A DNA stretch of 63,856 nt, the filler included, from Octopus bimaculoides (lineage: Eukaryota), in the NCBI RefSeq assembly GCF_001194135.2. It is 6 parts of 5 records of this genome, joined end to end, with 100 filler letters (N's around TTAATTAATTAA, not from the genome) between each part and the next. Parts side by side here need not be neighbours in the genome. Positions count along the whole stretch, not along the records: positions 34,730 to 47,833 come from NC_068987.1; positions 47,934 to 54,758 come from NC_069002.1; 4 more parts are not named here. The stretch is one strand, 5' to 3'. A program made the translations under genes and the position numbers. Within the stretch, counting starts at the first letter, position 1. Each line of letters opens with the position of its first letter. Shown here in pieces: positions 37,763 through 50,848 of the stretch. The notes beneath the pieces are model-generated. The model was not told the DNA's origin, did no database searches, and was given only the letters and a program-made list of their open reading frames with translations.

Positions 37763-39331
37763 ATATACATTCACACATATGACAAGCTTCCTCCATTTTT
37801 TTGCCTAGAAGACTCTAGTCGACACGAGGCTATAGCGGAACACACCCGCCGAATATAGGACTGACTCCGGCACCATATAGTCGGGGTGTAAACGACTTAT
37901 CACAAGGACACTATTCTATATAATATATACAAATGTTACTTTTTGCAACAGTGTTGATTCTTTCTCATCATGTTTCTGCTTCTATTCCACTGGAATTGTT
38001 GGGTACCACCACCGATTTCTTTGTCCTTCATTTCGATCTAAACTGTTATCCTCACCTCAACTTATATATAGTTCTCTTTCACACTCTGTTACATAGTTTG
38101 AACTCATTTCTTATGTTTTACTATTTCTGAAGGAATACACATACTCACATTTCTCCTATGCACCTCACACATATACGCATACATTTTTAGATCATACAAA
38201 TACAAATTAACTAATATGCGTCTGCTTATTTTATGGAGCTGTTAGAAATCCCAAAACAGATATTGGATTTTATAATCTTGCGCACTAATTGAAAGCATTT
38301 TGCTGCATGTTATAATTCGTATTGAATTTCAATACAGCAATACAGACTTTCTTTCCAATACTGTAATGTATTTCCTTGCACCTCTAATTTAATAACTGAA
38401 GCATATTTATTTCAAACTGGGAAACATGATTCTTTGTTACGTTAATTTATAAAGCGCTATTTATTTTTCAGTTTGTTTATGGTAGTCTTTATATAGATTA
38501 ATTGCTTGAGATTTGCAACGCCTCACAGTCACAATGTCTTCATACTCTCACAGAGAACAAAAAAAAAAAGATCTCAAAAACAAATATTACATCTCAAATT
38601 GTTCTACTAGTTAATGGAAGAATTAAAGGAGATATAAGATGATTCATTACCTGGTGTGAGTTACAGTGAAAAACAAAGTGATAGAAAGTTCAATAAGCTG
38701 ATAATGATAATGGTATTTATGGTAATGGTGATAATGATGAATTATGATAATAATGATGATGATAGTGATTGTTTTATCTTTATTGTGCATAACTAGTCCA
38801 AGCGTTCCAAAGTACATGGCATGATGAACAGGAGATATAATATATGTCTAGAGTGTGGAAAACAAGTGACGTAAAAACGAAGAGAAGTTTAAGAGATACT
38901 GTACATTTAAAGTAGGGACAAATTAATGAAATTACAAGTAATCACACATAATAAATACACGAAAATTATAACGCAACACATTTATTAAAGTAAGATATAA
39001 TTTAAGTAGAAAATATAGCTTGAAAGTCTCTAGTAAAATGAGTTCGAACACTTGGCATCTCTATGTGTATGCCTTTACACCTACTGCATTGACCTGGAAA
39101 CAAATGTGCCGCTAATACATTTTCACTCATTCAAAATTGTAAGTAGTCAGAGGATATAACTATTTTTGTTCATTATGATATTCTTGAATTACTTCAAATC
39201 ATCAACAACCTGTCTTTCTCCTATATGTTTTCCTTAATTTTCACATATGCACAACCCCATGAAACAAACTCTGGTTGATTTAATTGTACCAAATCCTGTT
39301 TGAATTTTTCAAGTACTATGAATATTGGACT

Positions 39332-39538
39332 CAAATTTTAACACAACGCCTGCAATTTAGGGGAATGAGTAAATCGATTGCATCGACCCCAGTGTTCAAA
39401 AGGTACTTATTTTATCGATCATGAAAGCATGAATGCTAAAGTCAAGCTCGGTGGAATGTGAACTTAGAAGGTAAAGGCGAACGAAATGCCGCTGAACCAT
39501 TTACCAGGCCATATAGGAATTCTGCCAAATCGCCGCAA
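39332..39538 (-). mobile_element. SINE family A, degraded
   Basis: AATCGATTGCATCGACCCCAGTG..GGTACTTATTTTATCGA..GGAATGTGAACT..ATTCTGCCAAATCGCCGC. Confidence 0.85.
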
Positions 39539-39974
39539 TAATGACGTGAATATCATCGTCCTAATCATTATAATCACCGTTTCTTTTTAATACAACATTG
39601 TGTTTTTTGTGGTTCACTGTTTATTTTATCAAATACTCCTTTTATGCCCATTTGTGCTCTCCATGACAGTTTAGAATTTGTTTTTCTTCCTTGTCATTTT
39701 TGACATATTTATCCTACTGCCTGTTAATATCGTTTGCTCCGGCTGTGGACTATTTTTCTGTCTTCATTGTTTTATTCTTTCATCACAGGATCTGGCCAGG
39801 GAATAAAGCAAATTCGGGTTTTTGAAGAATTTCAAAGTTTTGACAGGGGTTGTACTAAAATGAAAGGCTTCTGGTCCTGTCTGTGTTAATGCTATGTTTT
39901 GTCTGATCTTAATATACCACTGTAGCAAGTCTTCAGGTGGTTCTTGCCGCTACAAGGGCTTATATCTTCTACTC

Positions 39975-40203
39975 TGCACCCTCAGCTGTAGACATGAGCT
40001 GCGATATCACTGGTGCCAAACTGTATCGGCATTTGCCTTTCCCTTGGATAACATACGTTGTGTAGAGAGGGTGGTGATGGCTTCTATTCATGGGCTACTG
40101 CTGGTCTTCCATAAATAACCTTACCCGGACTTATGTCTCGGAGAGCAACATTCTAGGTGCAATCCCATGGTCATTCATCAGCAAAGGGGTTCTTTACCCT
40201 TTA
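39975..40203 (+). mobile_element. SINE family C-related 3' part
   Basis: CTCAGCTGTAGACATGAG..CACTGGTGCCAAACTGTATCGGC..CCCTTGGATAAC..CTAGGTGCAATCCCATGGTCATTCA..CTTTACCCTT; shares the CTCAGCTG junction with 34091-34341. Confidence 0.65.
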
Positions 40204-40376
40204 AGGCAGCGAGCTGACAGAATTGTTAGCACATCGGACAAAATGCTTAACGGTATTTTGTGTATTTACGTTCTTAGTTCAGTTTGTGTGTATGTTATCG
40301 ACTCTTTCATCATTTCAAGGTTGATAACATAAGTGCTAGTTGAGCACTAGGGTCGATGTAAGCGACTTGCTCCCTC
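40204..40376 (+). mobile_element. SINE family A, degraded
   Basis: AGGCAGCGAGCTGACAGAATTGTTAGCAC..ATGCTTAACGG..CTTTCATC..GGGTCGATGTAAGCGAC. Confidence 0.8.
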
Positions 40377-43300
40377 ATATGAAGCTGTTGAAATCAGTAT
40401 TCATTCTGTATACGAGTATAGCACCTTCCATGTCAATGATGCCAGTATTCGTGGTTGCTGGTAAATCCGATCACTTTTCCTCTTGGCGTTAAGCAATATT
40501 TATAACAGCTGACTATAAGAAACCTGGAAACCTTTTATCAACAACTCGTTAAAATGCTTGAAAGGCACTGAAATAATACATGATTTATAGATGTATATTA
40601 AAGAGTTGTCCTCTTAAAGGTGAATATGGATTACCAGTTGTATATGCAAAGGAGAAAACAATGCACATAGTTAAGTTTCTTGAGTTCTATTACCCTGTTA
40701 TGCATATTCACAACAAAGTGGTTTGTGATTTAATAAAGGAAATAACATTACTCTATAGAGAAGTTACCAGCATAGAGTAAATAAAAAAAAGCAAGAGTAA
40801 AAATATAGGATAGATAATTTAAAAATCGAACCCGTCATGTATATTAAATTATAAAATATACTCCTTCTAGCAAAGAATAATATATGATCTGTATTAACTT
40901 CAAATAAGCCCGCGAACAGTGATAAATCTAATCGTTCGTGAGCTTGGGAAATATATGTTTGCTTAGATTAATGGATGAAGAAGCTATGGGGTTTTGGGGA
41001 CTTATTATTGCGAAAATCACAAATGGCAACGAAATGGCTCTGACAATACTAAATTCTTAAAAGCAAAACAGTAGACTATCCATAGCACAAGTCTATAGAT
41101 TTATTCTCCAAAATCTACAAATTCCATATATCGATATTCTTCAATACACTTTCAGCTCACTTGGAACCACAATAACTGTTTAACAGAGGAGCAGAAAGCG
41201 TACTAAAAAGGGGTTCATAGCAGTGAAGAATATCTGCTAACGAATACGATTATGATAAACATGGGAAAATAAAAGCTAGTATAGGTATTAATGAAGGAAA
41301 AACAAAATAATATGACCCGATGCTCTTAGAAATATTAAACATTCGCTATAAATAAGTAGCACATTGCTAACATTAGACATCAAACATGTCTTTCTAATAT
41401 GGAAAATGCCCACAAAAAAGCGAAAGAAAATTATTAAAACTAATGTCAGTAATCGCTCCGAGCGAAAACGTATCATTTCTACTATTTTCCTCATTTATCC
41501 GTCACTAACACACCTCTTGAACGGAAGCAGTCCCGTGTTAAACAATAAGCGATAATATATCTCTTTAATATGGGTGAATTAAAACTATTTACCGCATTTC
41601 ATAATCAGCATGGAAAAGTTTTCATAAATTCATCTGGGAAACAAAATGTGTATAGGAGTAAACAATTTCTTAACGTTAGTATGAAAAGGAAATTGATTAA
41701 GCCTCATAATGAAAAATAGAGTCACACGTTGAAATCAGAATAATATAGTAGAATCATCCACTGCATCGTACCGAAAGGAAACAGAAGAATCAGAAAGGAA
41801 GTCAAGCTGACATTAAGCATTGAACATTATATTTTATAATGTAAGAACTCTTGCATGACCACAAAACCAAATACTGAAACCGTAAAAGAATAATAGATTA
41901 CGAGAGAAACAAGTAATTGTAATGTTAGTTTTTATGATGTCAGTAAACCAGTGGAATTTTTTTTTTTCAAAATACGTAATCAATTGTAAAATATTTAGAT
42001 ATTTTTAGATATCTTCTGTTGAGATTTATTAAAAAACAAAATATATAAATTACCATTAAATACAGGGATGAAAGTCACGAGAGGAATTATGGAACTTAAC
42101 ATTTCATATAGTTCATCACTTTGAGGTAATTATTTCCATTTTTCAAAGAAACAAATACTTTGATTTTCTGTGTTGAAAATCAAAAACTAATATTTCTACA
42201 TTTTGAATAACGCATTTAAGCATGTGTAATAAAAGAATATGAGTATAAATCCACTAGCTACCATAGTTGTAAACTACAGTTTCAGTCTAAGAAATTGGAA
42301 GGTAGTGAATGAGAGTTCTTCTACAAACTTACATGGTAACAATTCTAAAGCTGATAAAGATAGCATGTATCAACCCTAATCAGAGTGAGTTCAGGGCTTC
42401 GTTTAAAAGGCGAACACTACAGAAAAATAATAGTGTAATAGAGAACATCCAAATGCAATCTAAGGGAAAGAGTAACGTCGTCTCATACGGGAATATGAAG
42501 AACACTAAAAGACTCCCTTTGTATAATAAAATGATAAAAAAATAGGAACTAAATGCATTAGAAAAACTGACTTATACAAGAGGTGGCGAAAGAACAGAAT
42601 AGTTTTCGAATATCAAACACAAGACTGAAACGCCATTTGTATTAAACGAAAACTGCAGAAAAAATATAGTGATCAATAAAGTTGTTAAATCAGGTGTTCG
42701 TGCTTTGTATAATGAACGAAAATGCAAAGTAAAGCATGCTGTGAGAAAATAAACGTATTATGACATTCGGAGCATGAAAAAACGAATGATTTCTGAGAGA
42801 AATGCAAAAAAAAAAATAATGCAGATAGTAAATGGATGCACTTTCATACATAGTCACCTTGCTAAAATAATATGTTTCCTTTAATTATGCAAATTACATC
42901 AACGAAAAATGTTCGACGTAGCAGAATGTTTCAATTTATTAACACGAACTTAAATATTATTTTACAAATCATTTAGTGCAAATTTGTAAAATTTTCTTTC
43001 ACTTATTTTTGACTAAATAAAAGTTATTTCAAAATTGCACCTAAATTTGGTGATAAACAATTTAAAAGAAAGAAACAGTTGCTTTATTATGTCATTTAAA
43101 ATTCAGAATTATAATTTTTTTTTGTTGGGGAAAAATGCATTAGATTCCTTGAAAATTTGAACAAGTAATTAGCGCAAAGTTGTGAACTGCATCAGAGGTT
43201 CAGATTCACACTTTCTCTCGGGAGTTTTATTCATACATCCAATAACAGTTTACGCATTTTACTTGGTAACAAATCTCAAAAGAAATGTGCTGAAAAATTC

Positions 43301-43539
43301 TTAATATTGATTTCGTTAATTTTAAGAAAAGAGTACCGCTGCTTTAGTGACAGCATATAAAAAAACATTGCTGATACATGTGCGTTTTATTAGGTTGGAG
43401 CATTCGTTTTCCAGAAAAGCTGGAGTTCTAAGTTATGGAATATATTCGATGATTTCAGTTGAAATACCTTTTTTATCACTTTGTTAACGACTGATAGATG
43501 AACGGCAAAGTCCATCTAGCTAGCGTTTGAAACTAGAAG

Positions 43540-44562
43540 GCATAAGGGACATATTGAATGCATCAAGATAATTGGTTATACATTGATATAGAATGATATA
43601 TTCGTTCGGAGTATATGCTTCTTGAAAATAAGCAAATCAAGGAGGGTTAGAGATTTTGTTAATTTTTGTTCAATATTTGTCCTCAATTCGTCCACTATTA
43701 CCGTTTCTGCACTTTGAATCTTATTTTCTAAGTATTCCCACAGAAATTATAGTGGTGCAACGTTTGGCGAACACAGTGTACATTCTGTTCAATCTCTTCG
43801 TCCTGTCTATCTGCATAGCAAACTCTCAGCGTAGATGGCCCTTGCATTACGATGGTAGTATAGTATTGTCCCATATCGCTGGAAATAAAACTCAACACTC
43901 TTCAGAAGTCCTCTTCATTGTATGACATGAAAGATAGTCGCAATAATTTGAAGTAAATGTAGCCTGCCACAGAACCGTCGTCGAAAATAATCCTTTTGAT
44001 AAATCACATCACACGGTAATTCCCGGTGAATTGAAATGATGTTCCTCCGAAATATTCGGGTTCTCATGTTCTCAGTAAGTGCAATAGTGGCGATTAATTG
44101 AACCTTGACTTCTATGTTACTTCATCACTCTAAACAACTAATTGTTATCAAGTACCGCTCGCGAAACTGTTCGGTCTGTATCATCTTCATTTTAAGTATT
44201 AATTATTCTTGGCATGTACTTTTTTCAATTACAGTGCATCAAAACAGGATGCATACTTGATTTTGAAACTCCTATCTCATAATTTGCTTGCACAGATTTT
44301 TTGAATTCTAGGATTAAATTCCTAGTGCCCTTTTTTGCTTTGTGGGACTCATCCAGAAGGTTCCATGTCAACAGTTTGGGCATTTGCATTCTTAACTAAA
44401 CATTTTCGAACTTCCTGTAGCATTTTGAAGTTAAATTACCTTTGTCCAAAACTTAATCTGACTCCATCCACTATTTCTAAATGATTTAATTAAAAAGAAA
44501 TAATTGAAAAGTAAGCAAATCATTGGCTGATAAAGTGTGTATTCACCTTTTCTGACACCCTG
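43540..44562 (-). mobile_element. Tc1/mariner element, highly decayed
   Basis: Minus strand terminus (TA)CAGGGTGTCAG at 44562; KKSVQANYEIGVSKSSMH; HENPN..NSPGITV*C; FYFQRYG; CSPNVAPL*FLWEYLENKI (cf. SPDLTPxDFFLWGYLKxKV). Confidence 0.7.
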
Positions 44563-44980
44563 TATGGCCACATTTATACATCCATGCATACAAGCATAAA
44601 CTCAAATATTTACATTCATCCTATTTTTATAGATTTCTTATTGATGGCTTCTATGTTTTTTCTACATTTCCACCATCTCCAACAACAAGAACAACTAATA
44701 CACCACCACCACTACCACAACTAATTCCTTTTTCTCCCGTATTTCTCCCGACCTCATAAATTCGTCTATTAAACTTACATTTCTAATGTTTCTTCTGAAT
44801 CTGTTATTTTTATTTTTACTTGTAAATGCACTCGTATGTTGAATTCTCTTACATCGTTTTCTTCATTTTTATCATTACTGATATGACGCCAGCATTACGC
44901 ATGATTATACAACCTTTGTAACTAATGAAACAAACTATTTCGTTTTATTTTCTTATTTCTAATGTTATTTATAACTGACA

Positions 44981-45190
44981 GGGGACAGAATCGTTACCAC
45001 GTTAGTGGAAATGCTTAGCGGCATTTCGTCCGTCTTAACGTTCTGAGTTCAAATTCCACCGAAGTCGACTTTCCTTTTCAACATTTCAGCGTCGATAAAA
45101 TACATAAGAGTTTAGTACTGTGGTCTATGTAATAGACATATCTCTTCGTCTGTAATTGCTGGTCTTGTGCCAAAATTTGAAATAAATATT
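44981..45190 (+). mobile_element. SINE family A
   Basis: CAGAATCGTT..ATGCTTAGCGGCATTTCGTCCG..GAGTTCAAATTCCACCGAAGTCGACTTT..GGTCTTGTGCCAAAATTTGAAA. Confidence 0.85.
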
Positions 45191-45739
45191 ATTTATAATT
45201 GGTATCAATACTAGTATCTTTTCACAGCAGCATCAATACCGTAAATAATTGCCACTAACGCCTTTGTTCACTCATTGACATGTACTTTCAACGAATCAAA
45301 AATCAGATTTGGTTCTCTGTTTCACAAATACCTGTTTACACATAATATCAACATTCGGAGTATTTTGTTCTCAGGAGCATCACCCTATTTTCTGGAATTC
45401 ATAACCTCCGGATTAACATTTATATGCATACCAAATTTCATACAAACAACAGATATACATACTGTACATATGTTGCTTGAACGTATTTTCACATGAGCAC
45501 TGTGAAATACAAATTGATGTAATTGAAGAGCAAGCAGAAATCAAAGAAAAGAGTATTGAGTTGTGCCCACGAGCTTCACCTCAACAATACTCTTCTTAAA
45601 GAAACGAAGCATCACTTCTGAACTGTGGGAATTGTTTGGCTACACTGTAAGAATTCGATTGATTTCCCTTCTCTCATAGATACTAGAGTCGCTGCGCCTC
45701 TACAGATCTCCAACTGCGATACTCAACGTCATTTAGAGA

Positions 45740-46350
45740 CTTAAAACAACATAGCCTACACAGCCTTCGATAAGACGCTAAAGGTTTTGTTCCTTACAGC
45801 ATTACTCTATCGAAGGGAATATTTCAGGGAGAAATTTTGCCAGTCGGTGCTGTTAAGGAAATGCATGTTACACTATAGGATTTAAAGAAGAGTGGAAAAT
45901 TAATATCAATCGCATATTGTTCCTTATCTCAAGTTATAGCCACGACACAAGAAAACAGATTGCGGACAAAATTTGTTGCACGATATAGGAGGACTGTTTC
46001 GTCAGCTTAATTGTTCTTATTTGGTAATAGACGTAACTAGACTCGCAAAAAGACAAAAAGTATACATATGAATGGCCTAAATATCTTACCCATCTCGAAG
46101 GACGATTGTCTCTAATAGCACGGTATCATTAACAATATCGCATTTATTGGTGCTCAGAATAAGGTTAGAATCACAAACGATTATCTCAGCAGACTTCAGA
46201 AGAGATAGAAGTTAGAATTGTCTTAATACATTAAAACTACATCCCACAATGTTTTCTGCAGTGCCGGTTTTACTACCAAAATTTTAGATTAATAAATTGG
46301 ACATTTGAAGAAATCGGTAGTCTGGATATCAAGATTAGAAAGGTACCAAC
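45740..46350 (+). mobile_element. Non-LTR retrotransposon RT (R4/Dong-like), highly decayed
   Basis: AYTAFDK, KGIFQGEI, INRILF/LKL, HDIGGLF, AVPVL and LINWTFEEIGSLDIKIRK appear in the order of DYxKAFD / GIFQGDSL / HLLFMDDLKL / DIGMxF / WTxxELxxLDxKTRK. Confidence 0.6.
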
Positions 46351-46547
46351 AACTACATGTGAATTAGTGTCAATGACGGGTTCTATCTCAAATACAATGT
46401 TGCGCTCACCTGTTGAAGACCATGTATGAGCATTCAGCTATTTTTCATAGTAATCAGATGTTCGTGTCGCACATTACCTCATTCACTTCATCAAATCGAC
46501 GTTGTCCGAATAGGTGGACTATGTATCACCCATCAGGTGTCTAGGTG

Positions 46548-46660
46548 ATGGCAGAGCAACGTGAGATGAAGTGTTTTGCTGTAGAACACAACGCACCTCC
46601 CGGTCGAGGAATTGAATTCACGATCTAGTGATCGCGAGTGCAACACCCTAACTACTAAGC
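46548..46660 (-). mobile_element. SINE family C head
   Basis: AGAGCAACGTGAGATGAAGTGTTTTGCT..AACACAACGC..CCCGGTCGAGGAATTGAA..CACCCTAACTACTAAGCC is the reverse complement of the head at 34091. Confidence 0.8.
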
Positions 46661-46768
46661 CTGAAGCATTTCGCCTTTACACTCCGAGAGCGGGAAATAT
46701 TTACTAAACAAGTGATATAAAGATATTTCTATACCCATGCGTTGTAATGTACAATATTGATTAGTGTG

Positions 46769-46827
46769 CTCATCATCAGTGTGAGTATCACATTTATCAT
46801 CAGTGTGGACGTCAAACTCATCATCAG
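46769..46827. repeat. 24-bp period minisatellite, 3 diverged units
   Basis: ATCATCAG ends at 46779, 46803 and 46827. Confidence 0.7.
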
Positions 46828-47409
46828 CAACTGTTAAAATAAGTCCTCTTGCCCCTACAAAATCACTATAAATCTAGAATATATCCGCACGTTAAAGAGT
46901 AAAGAGCACTTGTGGAAAATTCCATTAAAAGATTTTTATACCGTGTGCTTATTATAAAGGTGACATCAGATTTGCCTAAACGTCTGGAAATGCTAGCAGA
47001 CTCTGAGCAAAATATATCCCCTGTGAACCCTACTCAAAAAAAAAAAAAAAAAAAAAAAAGTTGATTAGTAGTCCGTTAAACTATGCAAAACATTTCAGGT
47101 TTTCTTCATTTGAGGTCCCTGAACTAAAGACTTACACACAATCTGTTTATGTACGGAATAGATGCACAGAAACGAATTCATACATAATCTTTACACACAG
47201 TTGCGTATTAAGGTGAAATCTACACATTACATAATTGCAAACACATTAGCATATACTGATACAACGGTTAGCGCAACCGCATACACAAAGAAATCTCTTG
47301 ACTTCGACAGAGGAGCTTGTATTCTCTCACTGTTGATCGCATATTTAGTATAGGCTTGCATTGTGTGGTGCAAAATAGATTAAGGTAACATGCATTGTGT
47401 ATGCATTTT

Positions 47410-47450
<41 letters not shown>

Positions 47451-47749
47451 TGTGTTTGCGTATCTGGGCAATTAGCTTTTCCGGTGCCATAATACCCATA
47501 TTTCTCTGTGTTTCCTTTCCCTCACCTTTTCCTTTCTCTCCCCCTCTCTCTCTCACTCTCTCTCATGCACTCTCTTTCTTTCTTACTCACTCGCTGCACC
47601 TTTCTCAATTTAGCAGAATAATTTAATTAGGAGGCAGACGATTGGAGAATAGGAAGAAAAAATGAGAGGAAAAAGGGGAGATAAAAGAGTATAAAAGAGG
47701 CCAAAAAATTCATAGTGTATATGAATCGACGAAGAAAACAGCACGAATA

Positions 47750-47763
47750 ATAATGATAATAAT

Positions 47764-47825
<62 letters not shown>

Positions 47826-47833
47826 TGATAATA
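47750..47833. repeat. (AAT)n microsatellite
   Basis: Direct inspection; runs into a gap. Confidence 0.95.
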
Positions 47834-47996
47834 NNNNNNNNNNNNNNNNNNNNNNNNNNNNNNNNNNNNNNNNNNNNTTAATTAATTAANNNNNNNNNNN
47901 NNNNNNNNNNNNNNNNNNNNNNNNNNNNNNNNNATATATATATATATACATACACATGTATATACACATACACACACATCAACATATACATATATA

Positions 47997-48158
47997 AGAG
48001 CTTCTTTCAGTTTCCGTCTAGCGACTCCACGCAGAAATCTTGGTCCGCGCTAGGCTAGGATAGAAAACACTCGCCCAGGAACGGTGCAATGGGACTACAC
48101 TTGGAACCATGTGGTTTGAGGTAAAAAAAATTCTTAACCACCCAGCCACGCCTGTCGT
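47997..48158 (-). mobile_element. SINE family B head
   Basis: GCTTCTTTCAGTTTCCGTCTA..GGAACCATGTGGTTTG..TTCTTAACCACCCAGCCACGCCTG. Confidence 0.8.
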
Positions 48159-48832
48159 TTAGCGAAATACCAAAGTGACCATCACGTTTAAATATTTCAG
48201 TAACTGAGGAAATCAATAAAGGCCAACACCACCACCTGCCCAACAGCAACACCACCAACAACAACAGCAATAACCACAACAATAGCAAAAACAACAACAA
48301 ACGGCGAAATCAACAAAACCAATAGTCAGATTTACAAAAAAAAAAACCAGGGCGGGAGTATTTCGCCGCTACATTATTCAGTTTGCTAGAAATGGCAGCT
48401 AAACTTGAGGTGAGTTTGATTGCAATCTGAGGTTGGTTTGGCCTCAAACTGCAATTGTAAGCTAAATGGAAAGCAACATTAAGGAAGGTAGCCATAGTTA
48501 CACGTTAAAGCAGGGAATGGCCACGGCTGAACCGCTGTGGGTCATGATGTTTGGTCAATTCTGGACCATAACAACAACGAAATGACACCATCTACGTGTG
48601 TATGTAGGTACCTAGACGCTTTTAAATAATTCTGAAGTTATGTGTGAGCTTGTGTGTGTGTGTGTGTGCTAATGTATTTGTGTGAAGGCGCATGTGTTGA
48701 TGTAGGCATGTTGATGGCAGATGAGGGAGACAAATAAACAGACCGAGAGACAAACAGANNNNNNNNNNATGTAGGCATGTTGATGGCAGATGAGGGAGAC
48801 AAATAAACAGACCGAGAGACAAACAGATCGAT

Positions 48833-48882
<50 letters not shown>

Positions 48883-49247
48883 GGATAGATAGACAGATAG
48901 GCAAGTAGATAGATCCTTTTATTCACATACACATACAGCCATTCTCTGCATACGATACGAACGATAGACAGAGGATGACAGAAAGAGACGGAGAGAGAGA
49001 GAGAGAAAGAGAGAGACAGATAGACAGACAGAGACAGAGATTGATAGATAGGTAGCTAGATAGATAGACAGAGAGAGAGAGAAAGAGATGTAAATTTTGC
49101 TCTTAAAGGATTTTGTACAGTTGACGTAAACACACACACACACCCACACTTGCGCACACGAGCGCGTGCTTGCGTTCATATATTAATGGAACTAGCAGTT
49201 GAAATATATTTATAAATGAAAGACAAATTTAACACATGAACGTGTGA

Positions 49248-49267
49248 ATGGATGGATGGATGGATGG

Positions 49268-49303
<36 letters not shown>

Positions 49304-49330
49304 ACGGATGGATGGATGGATGGACGGATG
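49248..49330. repeat. (ATGG)n microsatellite
   Basis: Direct inspection. Confidence 0.95.
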
Positions 49331-50485
49331 GTTAGCTAGTATGGCTATTATGGTGGGAGCTGGCAGGAAGGAATGCAGGAAGAAAGGACCAAGTGCGTTT
49401 TCAAAACATCCTCAAGAAACACCAATGACGACGGTGATGTTTATATCAACCGGATTGTAAAGATTTTACGGAACCAAGGAACTGACATGTGTGTGTGTGG
49501 GNNNNNNNNNNNNNNNNNNNNNNNNNNNNNNNNNNNNNNNNNNNNNNNNNNNNNNNNNNNNNNNNNNNNNNNNNNNNNNNNNNNNNNNNNNNNNNNNNNN
49601 NNNNNNNNNNNNNNNNNNNNNNNNNNNNNNNNNNNNNNNNNNNNNNNNNNNNNNNNNNNNNNNNNNNNNNNNNNNNNNNNNNNNNNNNNNNNNNNNNNNN
49701 NNNNNNNNNNNNNNNNNNNNNNNNNNNNNNNNNNNNNNNNNNNNNNNNNNNNNNNNNNNNNNNNNNNNNNNNNNNNNNNNNNNNNNNNNNNNNNNNNNNN
49801 NNNNNNNNNNNNNNNNNNNNNNNNNNNNNNNNNNNNNNNNNNNNNNNNNNNNNNNNNNNNNNNNNNNNNNNNNNNNNNNNNNNNNNNNNNNNNNNNNNNN
49901 NNNNNNNNNNNNNNNNNNNNNNNNNNNNNNNNNNNNNNNNNNNNNNNNNNNNNNNNNNNNNNNNNNNNNNNNNNNNNNNNNNNNNNNNNNNNNNNNNNNN
50001 NNNNNNNNNNNNNNNNNNNNNNNNNNNNNNNNNNNNNNNNNNNNNNNNNNNNNNNNNNNNNNNNNNNNNNNNNNNNNNNNNNNNNNNNNNNNNNNNNNNN
50101 NNNNNNNNNNNNNNNNNNNNNNNNNNNNNNNNNNNNNNNNNNNNNNNNNNNNNNNNNNNNNNNNNNNNNNNNNNNNNNNNNNNNNNNNNNNNNNNNNNNN
50201 NNNNNNNNNNNNNNNNNNNNNNNNNNNNNNNNNNNNNNNNNNNNNNNNNNNNNNNNNNNNNNNNNNNNNNNNNNNNNNNNNNNNNNNNNNNNNNNNNNNN
50301 NNNNNNNNNNNNNNNNNNNNNNNNNNNNNNNNNNNNNNNNNNNNNNNNNNNNNNNNNNNNNNNNNNNNNNNNNNNNNNNNNNNNNNNNNNNNNNNNNNNN
50401 NNNNNNNNNNNNNNNNNNNNNNNNNNNNNNNNNNNNNNNNNNNNNNNNNNNNNNNNNNNNNNNNNNNNNNNNNNNNNNNNNNNNN

Positions 50486-50524
<39 letters not shown>

Positions 50525-50800
50525 GGTGGTGGTGGTGGTGGCGGTGGTTGTGGCGGTGGTAGTGGTAGTGTTAATACAGCTGTTCTTCCTATTGTTGGTA
50601 AAGGCAGTTTGTATCAGACAGAAATAGTACAGAACGGAAAATTGATGACAAACTGGCCGCGATGAGTGAGTGTATATACGTGTGCGAGTGTGTGTGTGTG
50701 TGTGTGCATGTATGTAAACATTTAGACATACATGTTTGTCTAATTGCATGTGTACATGCATATGCAGATGTCTCCATGTGTATGTATGTANNNNNNNNNN

Positions 50801-50848
<48 letters not shown>

